Assembly: GCA_002269645.1 (NCBI GenBank)
Contig: NIVC01003232.1
Span: forward strand, 1-64,000
Direction: 5' to 3'
DNA length: 64,000 nucleotides
Source: Macrostomum lignano
Lineage: Eukaryota
In this document: positions 37,034 through 60,765 of the stretch, piece by piece
How positions within the stretch are numbered: the first letter of the stretch is position 1
Layout of the letters: each line of letters begins with the position of its first letter
Notes under the pieces: generated by a model
What the model was told of the DNA's origin: nothing
The model's database searches: none
Seen by the model: only the letters and a program-made list of their open reading frames with translations
Translations under genes and position numbers: made by a program

Positions 37034-38525
37034 TGTTCTGTCATTGATTATATGGCATTATCTTGTGATTCTTATTTGTGTTTTTTATGGAAGAGTAGTC
37101 GTAGGCTGCAAATGTAAAGTTCATGTAGTTAACCTAGTTTATGCAACTGTTTTGCACTTTAATACTCGAATGCACTTTGATACATTCCAACTTGTTTTGT
37201 TTTGTCAATATTTTATACATTAAATAACATTCCAAAGTTTCTAAGGTTTGTTGCTGTGCCTTTTACTCATTTTTGTGATACTAATTAGGAAAATTTTTGA
37301 GCCAAAATTTTTTATTCCTACAAAAGTTTTGTTTAAATGATTGCGTCTACGAGATTGGACTAAAGCTATTAGAGCTATTTTAGCTATCTCCCATGGCACA
37401 CACACACACACAACGCACGGTGCACACACAAGCAAACTCTAATTTGGAAGCTCTTACAAGGCGGGAGTGGCCTGGCCCTATAATTCGCGTATCTCTCTTA
37501 CCTTCAGCACACTTGGCCTCTATGACTCAGCTATAGTTAAGTATTTTATCTACCTATCTGTGTCTCTTGTAGGTGAAGCATTGACAGGCAATGGTTCGGC
37601 TTGCTTTTGCCGTATATGTAGGTACAAGATTGTGCATGCTTGATTGTCCTCTTGGCCCTCCTCTTGGCAATGCGTTTCTTTACCAAATACTCGTACGAGC
37701 TATGTCTACGGCTCGTCCCGAGTTTGTGTGTACAATCTGTTCTCAAAAACAATGCTGTTCTGCAATTACAATTATTAAACATAACATAATCAGTATAAAT
37801 ATGGCTCAGCCCAAACATTCCTATTTTCAATATGATTATTGTTTTAGCTACGCCACCAACCCTGTGTATTTGTGGCAGTGTTGTACATATGACTGCCTAT
37901 TGCTGTGAGTAAGAATTATATGATATTGCTTAGTTGTTTTTATAAACCTACCAGATCTGTCGGGTTGATTTTGTACTTGGCTATAACTATATATATATAC
38001 ATAATACATTGACGCGTCTGTAATGGTAACTCATTTATTTGTGGTTCTTCTCTATTCCTAGTATTGTTAATACACATCGTTACATCTATTGAATTAAAAG
38101 TACAATTCAATTTCAAACGAGAAACTTGGTTGAAATTACCAGATTAAAAAGCGATGATGGATTCACACTAAGTTTTTTTACGAGTCCACTTAACAATTAG
38201 CAAATTGAGTTTGAGAGAAGGACACTCCCAGACACCTCGTATTTTAAAATCATATTTTCAGACATTGGATTTACGCGAAACGGCAGTTATAATGAAGATG
38301 CAGACAAAGCTCTTCAGTACCTTTGAGCAGTTTTAGTAAATTTCATTGCGCAAATCAGACTCTCTTAACGAGAGCTCCAGAAGTTTCTAAACATTAACGA
38401 TTAACATTAATGAGTTCGAGTTAATCTGTGTACATGCGGTTTCAACAATGTGCAGCACTGCAGAAGTTTCATGCACTGTGGGCCAGACACAAGTGACATC
38501 AACTCGCAGAAGTTAATCCATGACA

Positions 38526-50385
<11,860 letters not shown>

Positions 50386-51689
50386 GATTAAAAATTTTCT
50401 CGCCACCAGGCTACGCGGGCGCAAAGTTTTAGCGCGTTCTTTTAAGCCATGGTTTTAAACGGGCAGACGCCCCGGTTTTGTTGTTATAACCCAGCAGCAA
50501 GCTAGGTGTCACGATAAGCGGCTAAGAGCATGGCAGTAGCGTGCGATTGCTTTTGTACAAACAAATTCAACTTCAAGCTATAGTGTGAGTACATGCATAT
50601 ACTGGCTTCTGATCGAGAATCCTTAGCACAATATAGTAGAGCATTAATAACGGCTGCGTCAGCCCGTAAAATATACCCCAGTTCCGCCACATATCGCTGT
50701 ATGGCTTCCCGGCCCAATTACTCAAATTTGTCGTCTCGATCTGAGTACTGACTCTCCATAGGCCATATGGCTATAGCTACAGTTGGCAGCGGTTTGACAG
50801 TCGGGGGGTGCACAGCTGAGAACTTGGCCGCTAGCTCAGCCATGCAGTGTTCTGGCTGGCGTTGGACGTCTTATAAGCTTCCAAATTTGATTCGATGACG
50901 ACTTCCAACGGCGCTTCTATATTTGGTAAGCTTAACAAAAACGCACGCTCAAAATATTGTGGGAAGCTCGGGGTCAGTCAGCAGACAAAGGTACATACGT
51001 GCACTCTCAGCAACATGTCAAAGTTCCCACCCCGAAATCAGCTTGTTCAACTTTTCCCGGATCTCAGTCCACAATATCCCAGCTTAGGCTGGTGAGGAGA
51101 GAGCGGAGAGTTATGGCTAGGATTGGATAAAGTTGCCACTTAGTGTTGACATCGTCTGAGAAAGTTTACAGAGACGAGCTTATAGGCTTCTGCATGACCG
51201 TCGATATATACTCGTATATAGCAACAAATAAAAATGATTTGATAAAACGGAATCAACAATCATGCAGTGCACTCAGGATAAGACTGATTTTCGTGCCCCG
51301 GATTTTATTTGCATGAGTCTTATTGCAGATACATTGTACGGTTCCCAAAGGCGTATTCAGCATGCCAGTGAAGTATCAGACAGACAGACTTTAACTAAGG
51401 CTTACCAATTGGTTTACTTCTCCCTCGGAGATTTAGCCTCCTTTGGCTGCTCTAGCAAAGCTCAAGATCTCTTGAGGCCGCTCCGAGTCTGACATTTCAG
51501 CTCGGATTTTTCACTTAAATCTATACCCAATTTAAGTCGACCTTCAGCTCAAATCGGTTTTGTTGATGAGTTCAAGAAAGCTGGCGGGGTGAGGAGACCA
51601 TGGAAGTCTCCTTGATGGCCCGAGGTTCAAGCCAGTTTTGCATTTAGTATGGCTAAGCTTCACGCTGCTAAAGAAGCGAAATCCTTTCT

Positions 51690-52560
51690 ACACATAAATT
51701 TATAGCATGTCTATCTGCATCAGTTAATCTGATGAAGGTTACTGAGCTGTACAGGCCAGACTTCATCCTGATCCAGGAACCCTCATGGATGCGCAACCGG
51801 TAAGTTGCCCAACATTCCTTCTGGTTACTCTGATTTAATTGTGGCCCTGGAACAGGTGGCTCTACATCCTCTCGCTGCCAGCATCTCCAGGCTTGGCTGA
51901 GGACTGATCTCTGAGATGGAGATATGTCATCTATATATTTCAGATGACAGGACCCTATATACCCGAGAGTCTGCTGCGCAGAATTCCAGAACGCTGAGCT
52001 TGGGGGCGACCTTAATGCAAACCATCCATAAGCACTAGCACTGGGGCAGCAAAGACACCAATGTAGAGGGGAGGAGACTCTGGCCCTCATCTCTAACACA
52101 AATCTCAAGCTCTACAACCGTGCAAGCATTCCTACCTTCAACAATGGCAGATGGGCTGATGTTCTCGATGCCACACTCGTTACCTTGAGATCTTGACAGA
52201 GTTGAGGAGTGGAGAGTCTGATCTGAGGAGCCCTCCCTGTTTGACGAATGCTTCATCGCCTTCAATATCGCGGACACTAAACCCCAGTCCTCGATCACTT
52301 GGAGGCGCGTAATATCTGCAACACCGATTGGGCGGCCTATAAGACTACACCCTTTGAACTTCACTTGCAGGAACTCACGGAGGTATGTCCGATTGAGACC
52401 TGGGAAGATGTTAATTGGATCATACGGCTGAGACGCTGACAGGCTGTAGTAATGAAGCGGCCTGCCCTGTCCGTGCCTACAAAGGCAAGACCTTGCACCT
52501 CGGCGCCGTGGTACGTGGAACCCGGAGCTGGAGAAACTCAAGCGGAATGCCAAAAAAGCC
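51690..52560 (+). mobile_element. Degenerate LINE ORF2 N-terminus (AP-like endonuclease), R1/I/Jockey-type
   Basis: Plus-strand translation gives PDFILIQEP (~51755), LGGDLNANH (~52000), HWGSKDTNVEGRRL, IPTFNNGRWADVLDATLV, TDWAAY and a PW motif, broken by stops and frameshifts. Confidence 0.82.
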
Positions 52561-53468
52561 TCGATCATTTTCCTTTCAGACAGTCAAGCTGCCTTGCACG
52601 CCATCATGGTGACTGCAGCGTAAACTCTGCTACAGTCCTCGACTGTATCAAACTCTTCCACATGTTGGGTTCTACCGACAAAATTATCCATGATTACCCA
52701 AAATTACATAAAATCGTGGATCAGGACCCAGCACTGCACTACCTGCAGGCAATCCAGAGGCGCTGTTCCCAGCCCTCTCATCAGCTCCAGTGGCTCCTTT
52801 TGCGCCTCTCGCGAAGAGACATCTGGGCTGCCACCATGACCCTAGTTTTAGCTAATAAGCTAGACAGAGCTGTAATGAAGCCAACAGTAAACAACTTACT
52901 CCATCAGACCGTTACTAACATTCAGGTTTAACGAAAACCCAGATTCAGTTGATTAACTTAGACTATATTGACTTGACACTTCATAATGCGCTCTCGGTTT
53001 AATCATAACCGCGGCTATAATGTATTTTCTAAAACGGAAATAGACCCCCTTCTGTTTGTACGAAATATCCATCCAAGGCATGTTTAAGTAGTATAAAACG
53101 CATCCACGTCAAAGTAATTATCAAAAATAAACATTCCGAGTCTTCTTACAATAAAAGTTTGTAACTTATTTTGTATTTTCGGAATGTTAGTAGTCTTGTT
53201 TATGGTACCTAGTTTTGTTTACAGATTTTTAAAAGCGGCATTATGCAGCTTATAAGTCAATAACATTGCCAGTTCAACCATTAGCTGGTGGTACCTAATC
53301 ATGCTCGGTTAATCGTGTTACGCCAGTCGCCAAGACTCGTATAACTTATACCTAGATAAAAATATATCTTTTAAAAATATTTTCATTCATATTCCAGACC
53401 TTGAAGGTCGAACAAAAAGCGAAACAGTTTTCGTCAAGCGTTTTAATAATGCGCCACAACGTCACAGG

Positions 53469-54212
53469 TTAATGCTTGGCGCAGTCTGGCTCGCCAGCGG
53501 TCTGAGATGGCGGAGCGTCCCAGCCCCAGTCAGGATGTATTCGAAAATGGCCGCAGTCGGAGCCGCTAGACAACGCAGTGCTAAAATGGGAGGCCCGACA
53601 ATTGCCCCGGCTAGTGTCCGGATTAGGCGGCAGGTGGTGCCAGGTGGTGTGCATCCATCGGTTGGCCCGGGTGTCAGGCGACAGCAGACGAATATAACGC
53701 AGCTGCGAAGGCACGGACACAGGAGCTTGAGCGGCAGACTTCGGTGACACCGAAACGCCAGCAGCCGCCTGACAGCTATAATTCAGCAGTTAGAAATATA
53801 GAATCTAAATCTGCAGCAAGCCAACATATTGCATTGCAAACTAGTCAAGCTCAAACCACAGCTTACTCTTGTCGAGGCAATGATTTTACTCGCACTGGCT
53901 GCACTCTGGACGCCTTTGTATCAGATTTAATTTGGCCAGGCCTAACGACTTTTGATGGCGACTGCTGTTTTGGTTGAGCAACTGCAAAATGTAGAAAGTG
54001 AGTACGTTTAACAAGTTTTAAAAAAATTAAAGACTTGGCAGTTCCGTGTTATAATCACCTGCAGGTTGAGTCTGCTCAATTGCGCCAAATTTTCGCCGGA
54101 AATCTTCGCGCAGTTGTTGTCGTCGGCGCTCAGTCTCGGCTGCCGGAGCCGGTGACGGCTGTCGCCAGCGCAGGAACACAGTAGAGTCGATCTCTGAGGA
54201 ACAAGCTGCCAT
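53469..54212 (-). CDS. Uncharacterised 191-aa protein, 3 exons: 54212-54059, 53981-53867, 53775-53469
   Basis: GCC-ATG start; introns of 77 and 91 bp with GT-AG and matching phases (1, 2); total 576 nt, open to TAA. Confidence 0.7.
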
Positions 54213-54912
54213 GGCTAATAGCGAGATGTTGCCCACTAAAGTCTAGCAAACGCTTAGACCGACACACTACTGTGCAAAACACCTTTCTCTCCTTTTATTC
54301 TTTTTGGGCAAACTCTGCACAGCGTTTGTCTACGAGACTGAGGTGAACTATACAGACTAGTAGCTGTCTGTCCAATTGGCGCAGTAAGAAAGAAAAATTG
54401 AGATGCTTGTGTGGCTCTTTGCGAGAAATGGCATGGGACGAGCGTGGCGCCGCTTTTTTCAGCCAAACTGTCTCAGTCACATCGCAATCTACTTGGATTT
54501 ACTTGGGGTTGGAGTTGCAACCCCAAGTAATTGTGTAATCTGTGCACTTTTAACCAAACTTGAGACTGGCAGGCACCAATGCATAGCCACACCCAGCATG
54601 CTATTTGGTCTGCTTCTTAGCATGAAAAGGAAAAATGCATTTTAAAAGACTCTGTCTAGCTATCCTCTGTAACTAGCCACTTAAACAGCTCTTAAGCTGC
54701 ATCTTTTATAATACCTGTTCTCTATCCAATGAAACTTAAGACACTGCATATAAATGATTGAAGCCTTTGTGTTTATACTTGTAGCATAGGCATTTATGCT
54801 TAGGGATTAAATATGGTAGAAATAAAAACAAAAAAGTCATAGAATCAGAATGAATACAAATTTAAAAGGCTTTTGGGTTTGTAAAAAATTAAGCTCTTAT
54901 ATCATTATAGAT

Positions 54913-57900
54913 CAGGGGTTGGCAAACTTTTTTACCTTGGGGCTAGAAAGAGAACCTAGCACCTAACTGCAGGCCAAAGGAAAAGAGAGGAGAGAAAAAA
55001 GAGAAAAGTGAAGATAGATAGGAGAAAGCAAAGGCAAGAGAATAAGATGCAAGAGGAGAAGAAGAGAGGAAAAACTTAAGAAAATGACTTTTTTTATAAA
55101 TATATTATGTGGTTGGGATGATAGGGCTAAAATTAAGATAAACATAGACCTAGCCATTCTTTTTATAGATTTATAGTACAAAATAAGACCCATTAATTTG
55201 AAATAGGTTGAATTATAGAACTGATACCATTTAGATTTAGATCTAGGTCTAATGTTTTTCAAAGTTAAAAAATAATCATAAGAAAAAATAGCTATAGTAT
55301 ATATATGCTATAGAAAGAGATTTAAATCTTTGGCTACATCAATAAATACCCAGTATTCATAAAAATATTTGGTTATAGCAAGCCTCTACTTTTGTATGCA
55401 TAATTGGAGTCATGGGACTAGTAGTATAACCAAAAAAATTCCAATGGGGGAAGGTGTATTTTAGAATTTAAAGACCCAGGGGTGGCTCTGCATTTTGGCA
55501 AAATTAGCTTGCCCCCCCTTTAGTTTTCTTTTTAGTTTACATCTGGGAGGGAGGCAACTACAAGTGTTAGTCATTTTATCTGCTAAGTAGATAAACATAT
55601 TTCTATTTCTAAAACTGTTTGTCTATTGGGATATAAAGGTGGGAACATGTAGTAAGATGGGAGATAGCCAACAATCTCTTTTTTGATATTGTTAAAATGC
55701 TGTAGGGGTTGGTCTTTTCAAATATAATAATCTACACTAGTTTATAAATTTACCATTAGAAAGAAGGGTTTAAAGAGGGAGAGACATAGTATGCAACAAT
55801 ACTAGATTTGAAATGACACAGAAGATGTATTGCATATAAGAACTGTTGAATAAGAAAAATATTTTTGGATTTTTTCCTTTGAAAATTTTCAACAGTTTTG
55901 GTTTAACTAGTTTCTAATCAAGCTTATTTTTCCTTCTGTAGATATATATATCTACAGAAAGAAAAATATATAATCAAATAGTTTGTTAAAATAATGAAGC
56001 CCATAGTATTTTAACAATATAATTCGAGTTGTTTTTAAGTGGCTACCTACCCTATTCCCATGCTAGTGGTAGACTTAGGGAAAAAGGCATAAGGCATGCA
56101 CCCATTAGATTAGAATTTTATATTTTTTATATAGAAAATACATATTATCATATACATATGCACAATAGAGTATATATATGCTTTAGATTTTATACTAACG
56201 AATGGACTTTGATAATGGCCCTATGCAGTGACACAATTAGGCAGGAGGTAGTTGCTAGTTCTAGTTCATTTGTCTGCTGATAGTTTATCTGCTAAGTAGA
56301 CAAAATGTCTTTTTCTTTGGAAACTATTTGTTTCTTGGGAAATAGGTGTAGCATGGGATAGGTACAGATCCAAAAATATTTGAATATGAGGAGGCATAGA
56401 TTACTAAGGTATATATATATCAATAGATATATATCTTCAGCAGTTGAACAATATGCTACTAGAAACTAGTGTTTATTTGATCAAAATCATATAAAAATCT
56501 AATAAACAAAGGCCTAGGCTTAGGCTTAGAAATCATTTTTTAATTTGACAGTAGGCCTAAGCCTAGTTATAGCATATTAAAGGCTTACAAATCAATGTAA
56601 GCCTTGATCAATTGTTATCATAACTTTTTAGATAATGAAAGTTTACTAGAAACAAGCCCCTCCTCTAAGAAAACCAATCAAATTAAAAATCAAGTGATTC
56701 ATGATTACTTGATAAGCTGACTTAAAAGACACTTTAAACAAAAAAAAACTTTTTTATTTAAGCCACAATTAAAATCAACAAAAATAGCTATCATATAAGA
56801 TTGCCAAAAATTTTCAGAATAAATTTAGGTTTGTTTTGGGAATTTCACATAGAGCAACGGGGCTACATTACGATATGATAGCTATAGGCCTAGGGCTTGA
56901 AACAACAATTTGATAATAGGCCTAGATATTACCAAATGAATTTTGTTTGTCACCAAAATGACAATCAGCAAAATGACTATAATCCTTGCTTAGTTGTCAA
57001 CATAGAACCAAACTGATGCAAATACATATATTTTTTATTAGGGCCTGGCCTAGCATAGGCTATCACATTAGCCAGTTAGCCTAGGCCTAGCCCTAGCATA
57101 ATAAGTCTGTCATATAGAGCTTGGTAGGCTTATAGATTGATGTAAAATATTGATCTATTGTTTTTGTTCTGGTATATTTTTTTACTTTAGCATGATCGCT
57201 ATTATGGCGCCGGCGTCTAGGCAGTTGGAACTTGGAAGGAATTCTAAGAACTTAGGGCTAGCCTTGACCTTAGAGGCTTAGGCTTAGCGCTTAGGTAGGT
57301 CCAATGCAATCCAACTGCTCAATTGTTAAAGCGCTACACAAGTAAAAATAACAAGAAAAAATATCTGTAAGGCATATAAACAACATCGCAAAAAGTATGA
57401 ATTAGCTCTAGTAATTAGTATTATTATTATATATTAGGTTTGTGATCGCATTGATGGCTGTAGATTATTGCCTAAATACGACGCGATACGAAAAGCATGT
57501 CATTTTCAATCATTCGTCTTTTGGAATCACTGCTGCAAAATATTAAACGTTAAAAGTCTAAGATAGTCTACTCGATTTATTTTGTTGGTTCTCTTTAATA
57601 AAAAAAAGTTTTCAAAAGCATATTTTTAACACAATTTAGTTTTACCTCGAAGGCGATAAAATGTTTAGAACTCTACTCGTCAATTATTACGATTTCAATA
57701 TTTTTCTTGTCGGTAATCCATTTATAAATTCCATCTGCTATATTAAATTCTAATCCTGTGGCTTAAGCAAATATTGTCTGCAAATTTTCACCAAGTTTTA
57801 GATTAAGAGAATTAAGAAGAGCTTATTTTGCAATGAAGAATTTCTAACCACAATGCACGATGAGCAACTTGTTTGAGAGCATCTCTACAAGGTAAGTTTA

Positions 57901-60524
57901 CACAATAGGCCCTAGCAGTGCTGAGTTCAAAGAAATTAAACAATTCAGTGAATTCACTGCAATAATTCGCAGTTTGTAGGAATACTGTCGATTTCTTTTT
58001 AATGATCACTTACTCTTAAAAGCGAATCATTGTGATTAAGTTAACATGAGTAGGCCTAATGTATCTCATTAATTTCATTGACATTTTTTTTATTATGCAT
58101 TTTTTGCCCTTGATTATCATAATTTTAGTACTTTAATTTGCTTTTAAGGTCTTATTTTAAAGATAATGCCTAAATTAAATGTTTTTTTTATAAATACTTT
58201 GTAAAGTAGCAAGTCAATTTGCCAAAAGTCAATTTGCTAAAAGCAGGTTGTTTTGCCAAAAGAAATAAATACAATAAACAATTAAAAAAGTATAATAATT
58301 AATGTTAAAATGCAAAACATTTAAATCAATCAATTACCCTATCCATAAACAAATAAATAAAGTAAAATATAGAATGTTAAATGTTACAATATAAAACCAT
58401 TTATGTTTTACAAATAAAGCAATAAAATATGTGTATATTGTGGCTTACTATTTAATCAATAGCCTACAAATTTCAAGGATTTGCTACTTTATCATATTAA
58501 TATACTAAACAATTCATCATTGTAGGCCTATATTAATTCAATATTGATTAATGATTTATTGAATAAAAGAAAAGTAAAAGGCCTAATAAATATTTTGTAA
58601 TAGTATATGGCTTATTTATTTAAAAATGTCTTTCTTAAGAAGAAAAAGTTTCTTTTGATATATATTGGCTTAACTATTATATAGCATTTATGTAGCAGTT
58701 GTTGCACAAAAAAATTGTAAATATTATAAATATTTTTTATAAAGTTAAGTGTATTAACAAAAAGTGTTTTGTAATTGTAATCAATAAAAAATTCTCAATA
58801 GTAACAGCTAAAAAATCAAACTCACAACCTTATACACTTGACCCCAAGTATTATACCATAATGCTAGAAAAAACTTGTTAGTATTATTGCTAAATCACTA
58901 TTGGAATCTATGGGTATAAATTGTTTTAAAAATGTTATTTCTAATATTTTAATGACAAAAAATAACAATCAATGACAAGTTGCTTTTATGATAGACATTT
59001 CACTATTGGTAAAAATGGAAAATTTAGTGAGTTAGTTATTTTAGTGACAATAAGTACTTTATAATATTAATTTGTAAAAAAATTAAAATACATTTTATAT
59101 ATTTCAATATTTTATCATAAAAATAAAAAGATTACAAGATCTTATACTTTTAGAAAAATAATTCAAACTAGCCAATTATATAGTTCTGTTTTTGTATAAA
59201 TCATTTTGAATTTGTCCCAAAATATTAAAATTTATATAGTAGAAAATTCTTCATGAAATTCTTCCTCTTCTTACTTTTTTGCCTTTTTCCTTTTTCTTTT
59301 CTTTTCCTATCTTATCTATCATCTTGTCTTTTCATTCCTTTCTTTTTTGTTCTCTTCTCTTTTTTTCTTTCCTTTTTTATTCTTTTCCCTTTCTCTTTTC
59401 TCTTTTTTTTCTCTTTTTCCCTTCACATTGTTTCACATTTCTTTTTCTTTCATCATTCCTTTCTCCCAATCTCTTTCTTCTCCCCTTTTCTGTCTTCTTC
59501 TTTTTTCCTTTTTAGATCTTTTCTTTCACCTCTTTTTCTTTTTCTCTCTTTTTTTCTTTTTTTCTCTTTAATTAAGTAGTATAAAAGTAACTAGTAGTAA
59601 TGAAGCTAATCATATATCAAAATATACATTAGAATAAATTTCAAATTTAAATCTGGGATTCAGGGTTTCAAAAGGTGCCATGCAACATGTGGAACTTTAA
59701 TGGAAATTAGTGCAGTATAATAAACTAGTTGTGGGCCCAATTGTGTTCATATTATAACACTTTTATAAAAATAATAATAAAAATTAGTCCTGGGATTCAA
59801 GACCCTAAATCCCAGGACTAGAAATCCTAGGATTTGGGCCCAATCCTGGGATTTTGGGATCCTGGGATTGCAATCCCTAATCTTTACCTTTTCCCTTTTT
59901 CCTTTCTTCTTTTTTCAACTCTTCTTTTGTCTTTCCTTTTTTTCTACTTTACTTTTTCCTTTTTACTTTCTATTCTCTTTCCTCTTTTCTCTCCTCTTTT
60001 TTATCTCCTTTTCTTTCTTGTCCTTTTCCTCTATTCTTATTCTTTCTTCTCTCTTCCTATTGTCTTTGATCTCACTCTTCTTTTCTTTCCTCTTCTTTTC
60101 TCCTATTGCATCTGTTGCCTCTTATCTGTTTGCTCACCTTTAATCTTTTATTCGTTCTTCTTAAAGGTGATAAAATTGAGAGAATGAGAATGAGAGAATA
60201 CAAGAAGGAATAAGAAAGAGAGAAAAATGGGAGTGAGAGAAGAGAGCAAAATGGGGAGATAGGAGAAATAAAAGTTAAGAGAAGCAAGAAAAAGGGAATA
60301 AGGTGAAAGCAAAAGAGTGTCAATTGAGGATAGGGGAGAAAAAAAATGTAAAGAGAAAAAAGGGTTAGGACAAAAACAGATGGTAAAGAAAAGTGAAGGC
60401 AAGAAGCTAGAAAAGAAGATAGAGAAAAAATTATAAAGACACAAACCTTGTTAATTGTGAAATTTCAAAGGGCCTGGGGCTCGGCCAGATATAGGCTTTG
60501 TAGGCCAAAGTTTGCCAACCTCTA
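54913..60524. mobile_element. hAT/Charlie-type terminal inverted repeats bounding a 5.6-kb AT-rich non-coding block with nested repeats
   Basis: Left CAGGGGTTGGCAAACTTT vs right (rc) TAGAGGTTGGCAAACTTT (16/18); flanking 8-mers ttatagat and ctctagag fit the NTCTAGAN Charlie target preference; no transposase ORF seen. Confidence 0.6.
59250..60440. repeat. Pyrimidine-rich (59250-59575, 59880-60130) and purine-rich (60170-60440) low-complexity tracts
   Basis: Directly visible; source of the F/L/S-rich pseudo-ORFs. Confidence 0.9.
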
Positions 60525-60765
60525 CTCTAGAGTTTAAGAAACTATTAGTAAACTGTTGATATGGCTTTTGGTCAGAAGGTTTTGGCCAATGCTGATTAAT
60601 TTAAACCAGTGGCAGTATGATCATAAAGCCTGATCATTTATAAATTGATCCAGGTTGATGTGCTCACTATTTTCTTTTGTATTAGTAACTTCAATTTTTT
60701 TAAATGATCTTCTAGCACCTAGTATATAACCATTTAAGTACTAAAGCTTATTTTCTTAATTTTAG

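Noticed and set aside
56510-57300. TTAGGC-like hexamers as interstitial telomeric repeats
   Set aside because: Only two or three adjacent units in CCTAGG-rich sequence; no real array.
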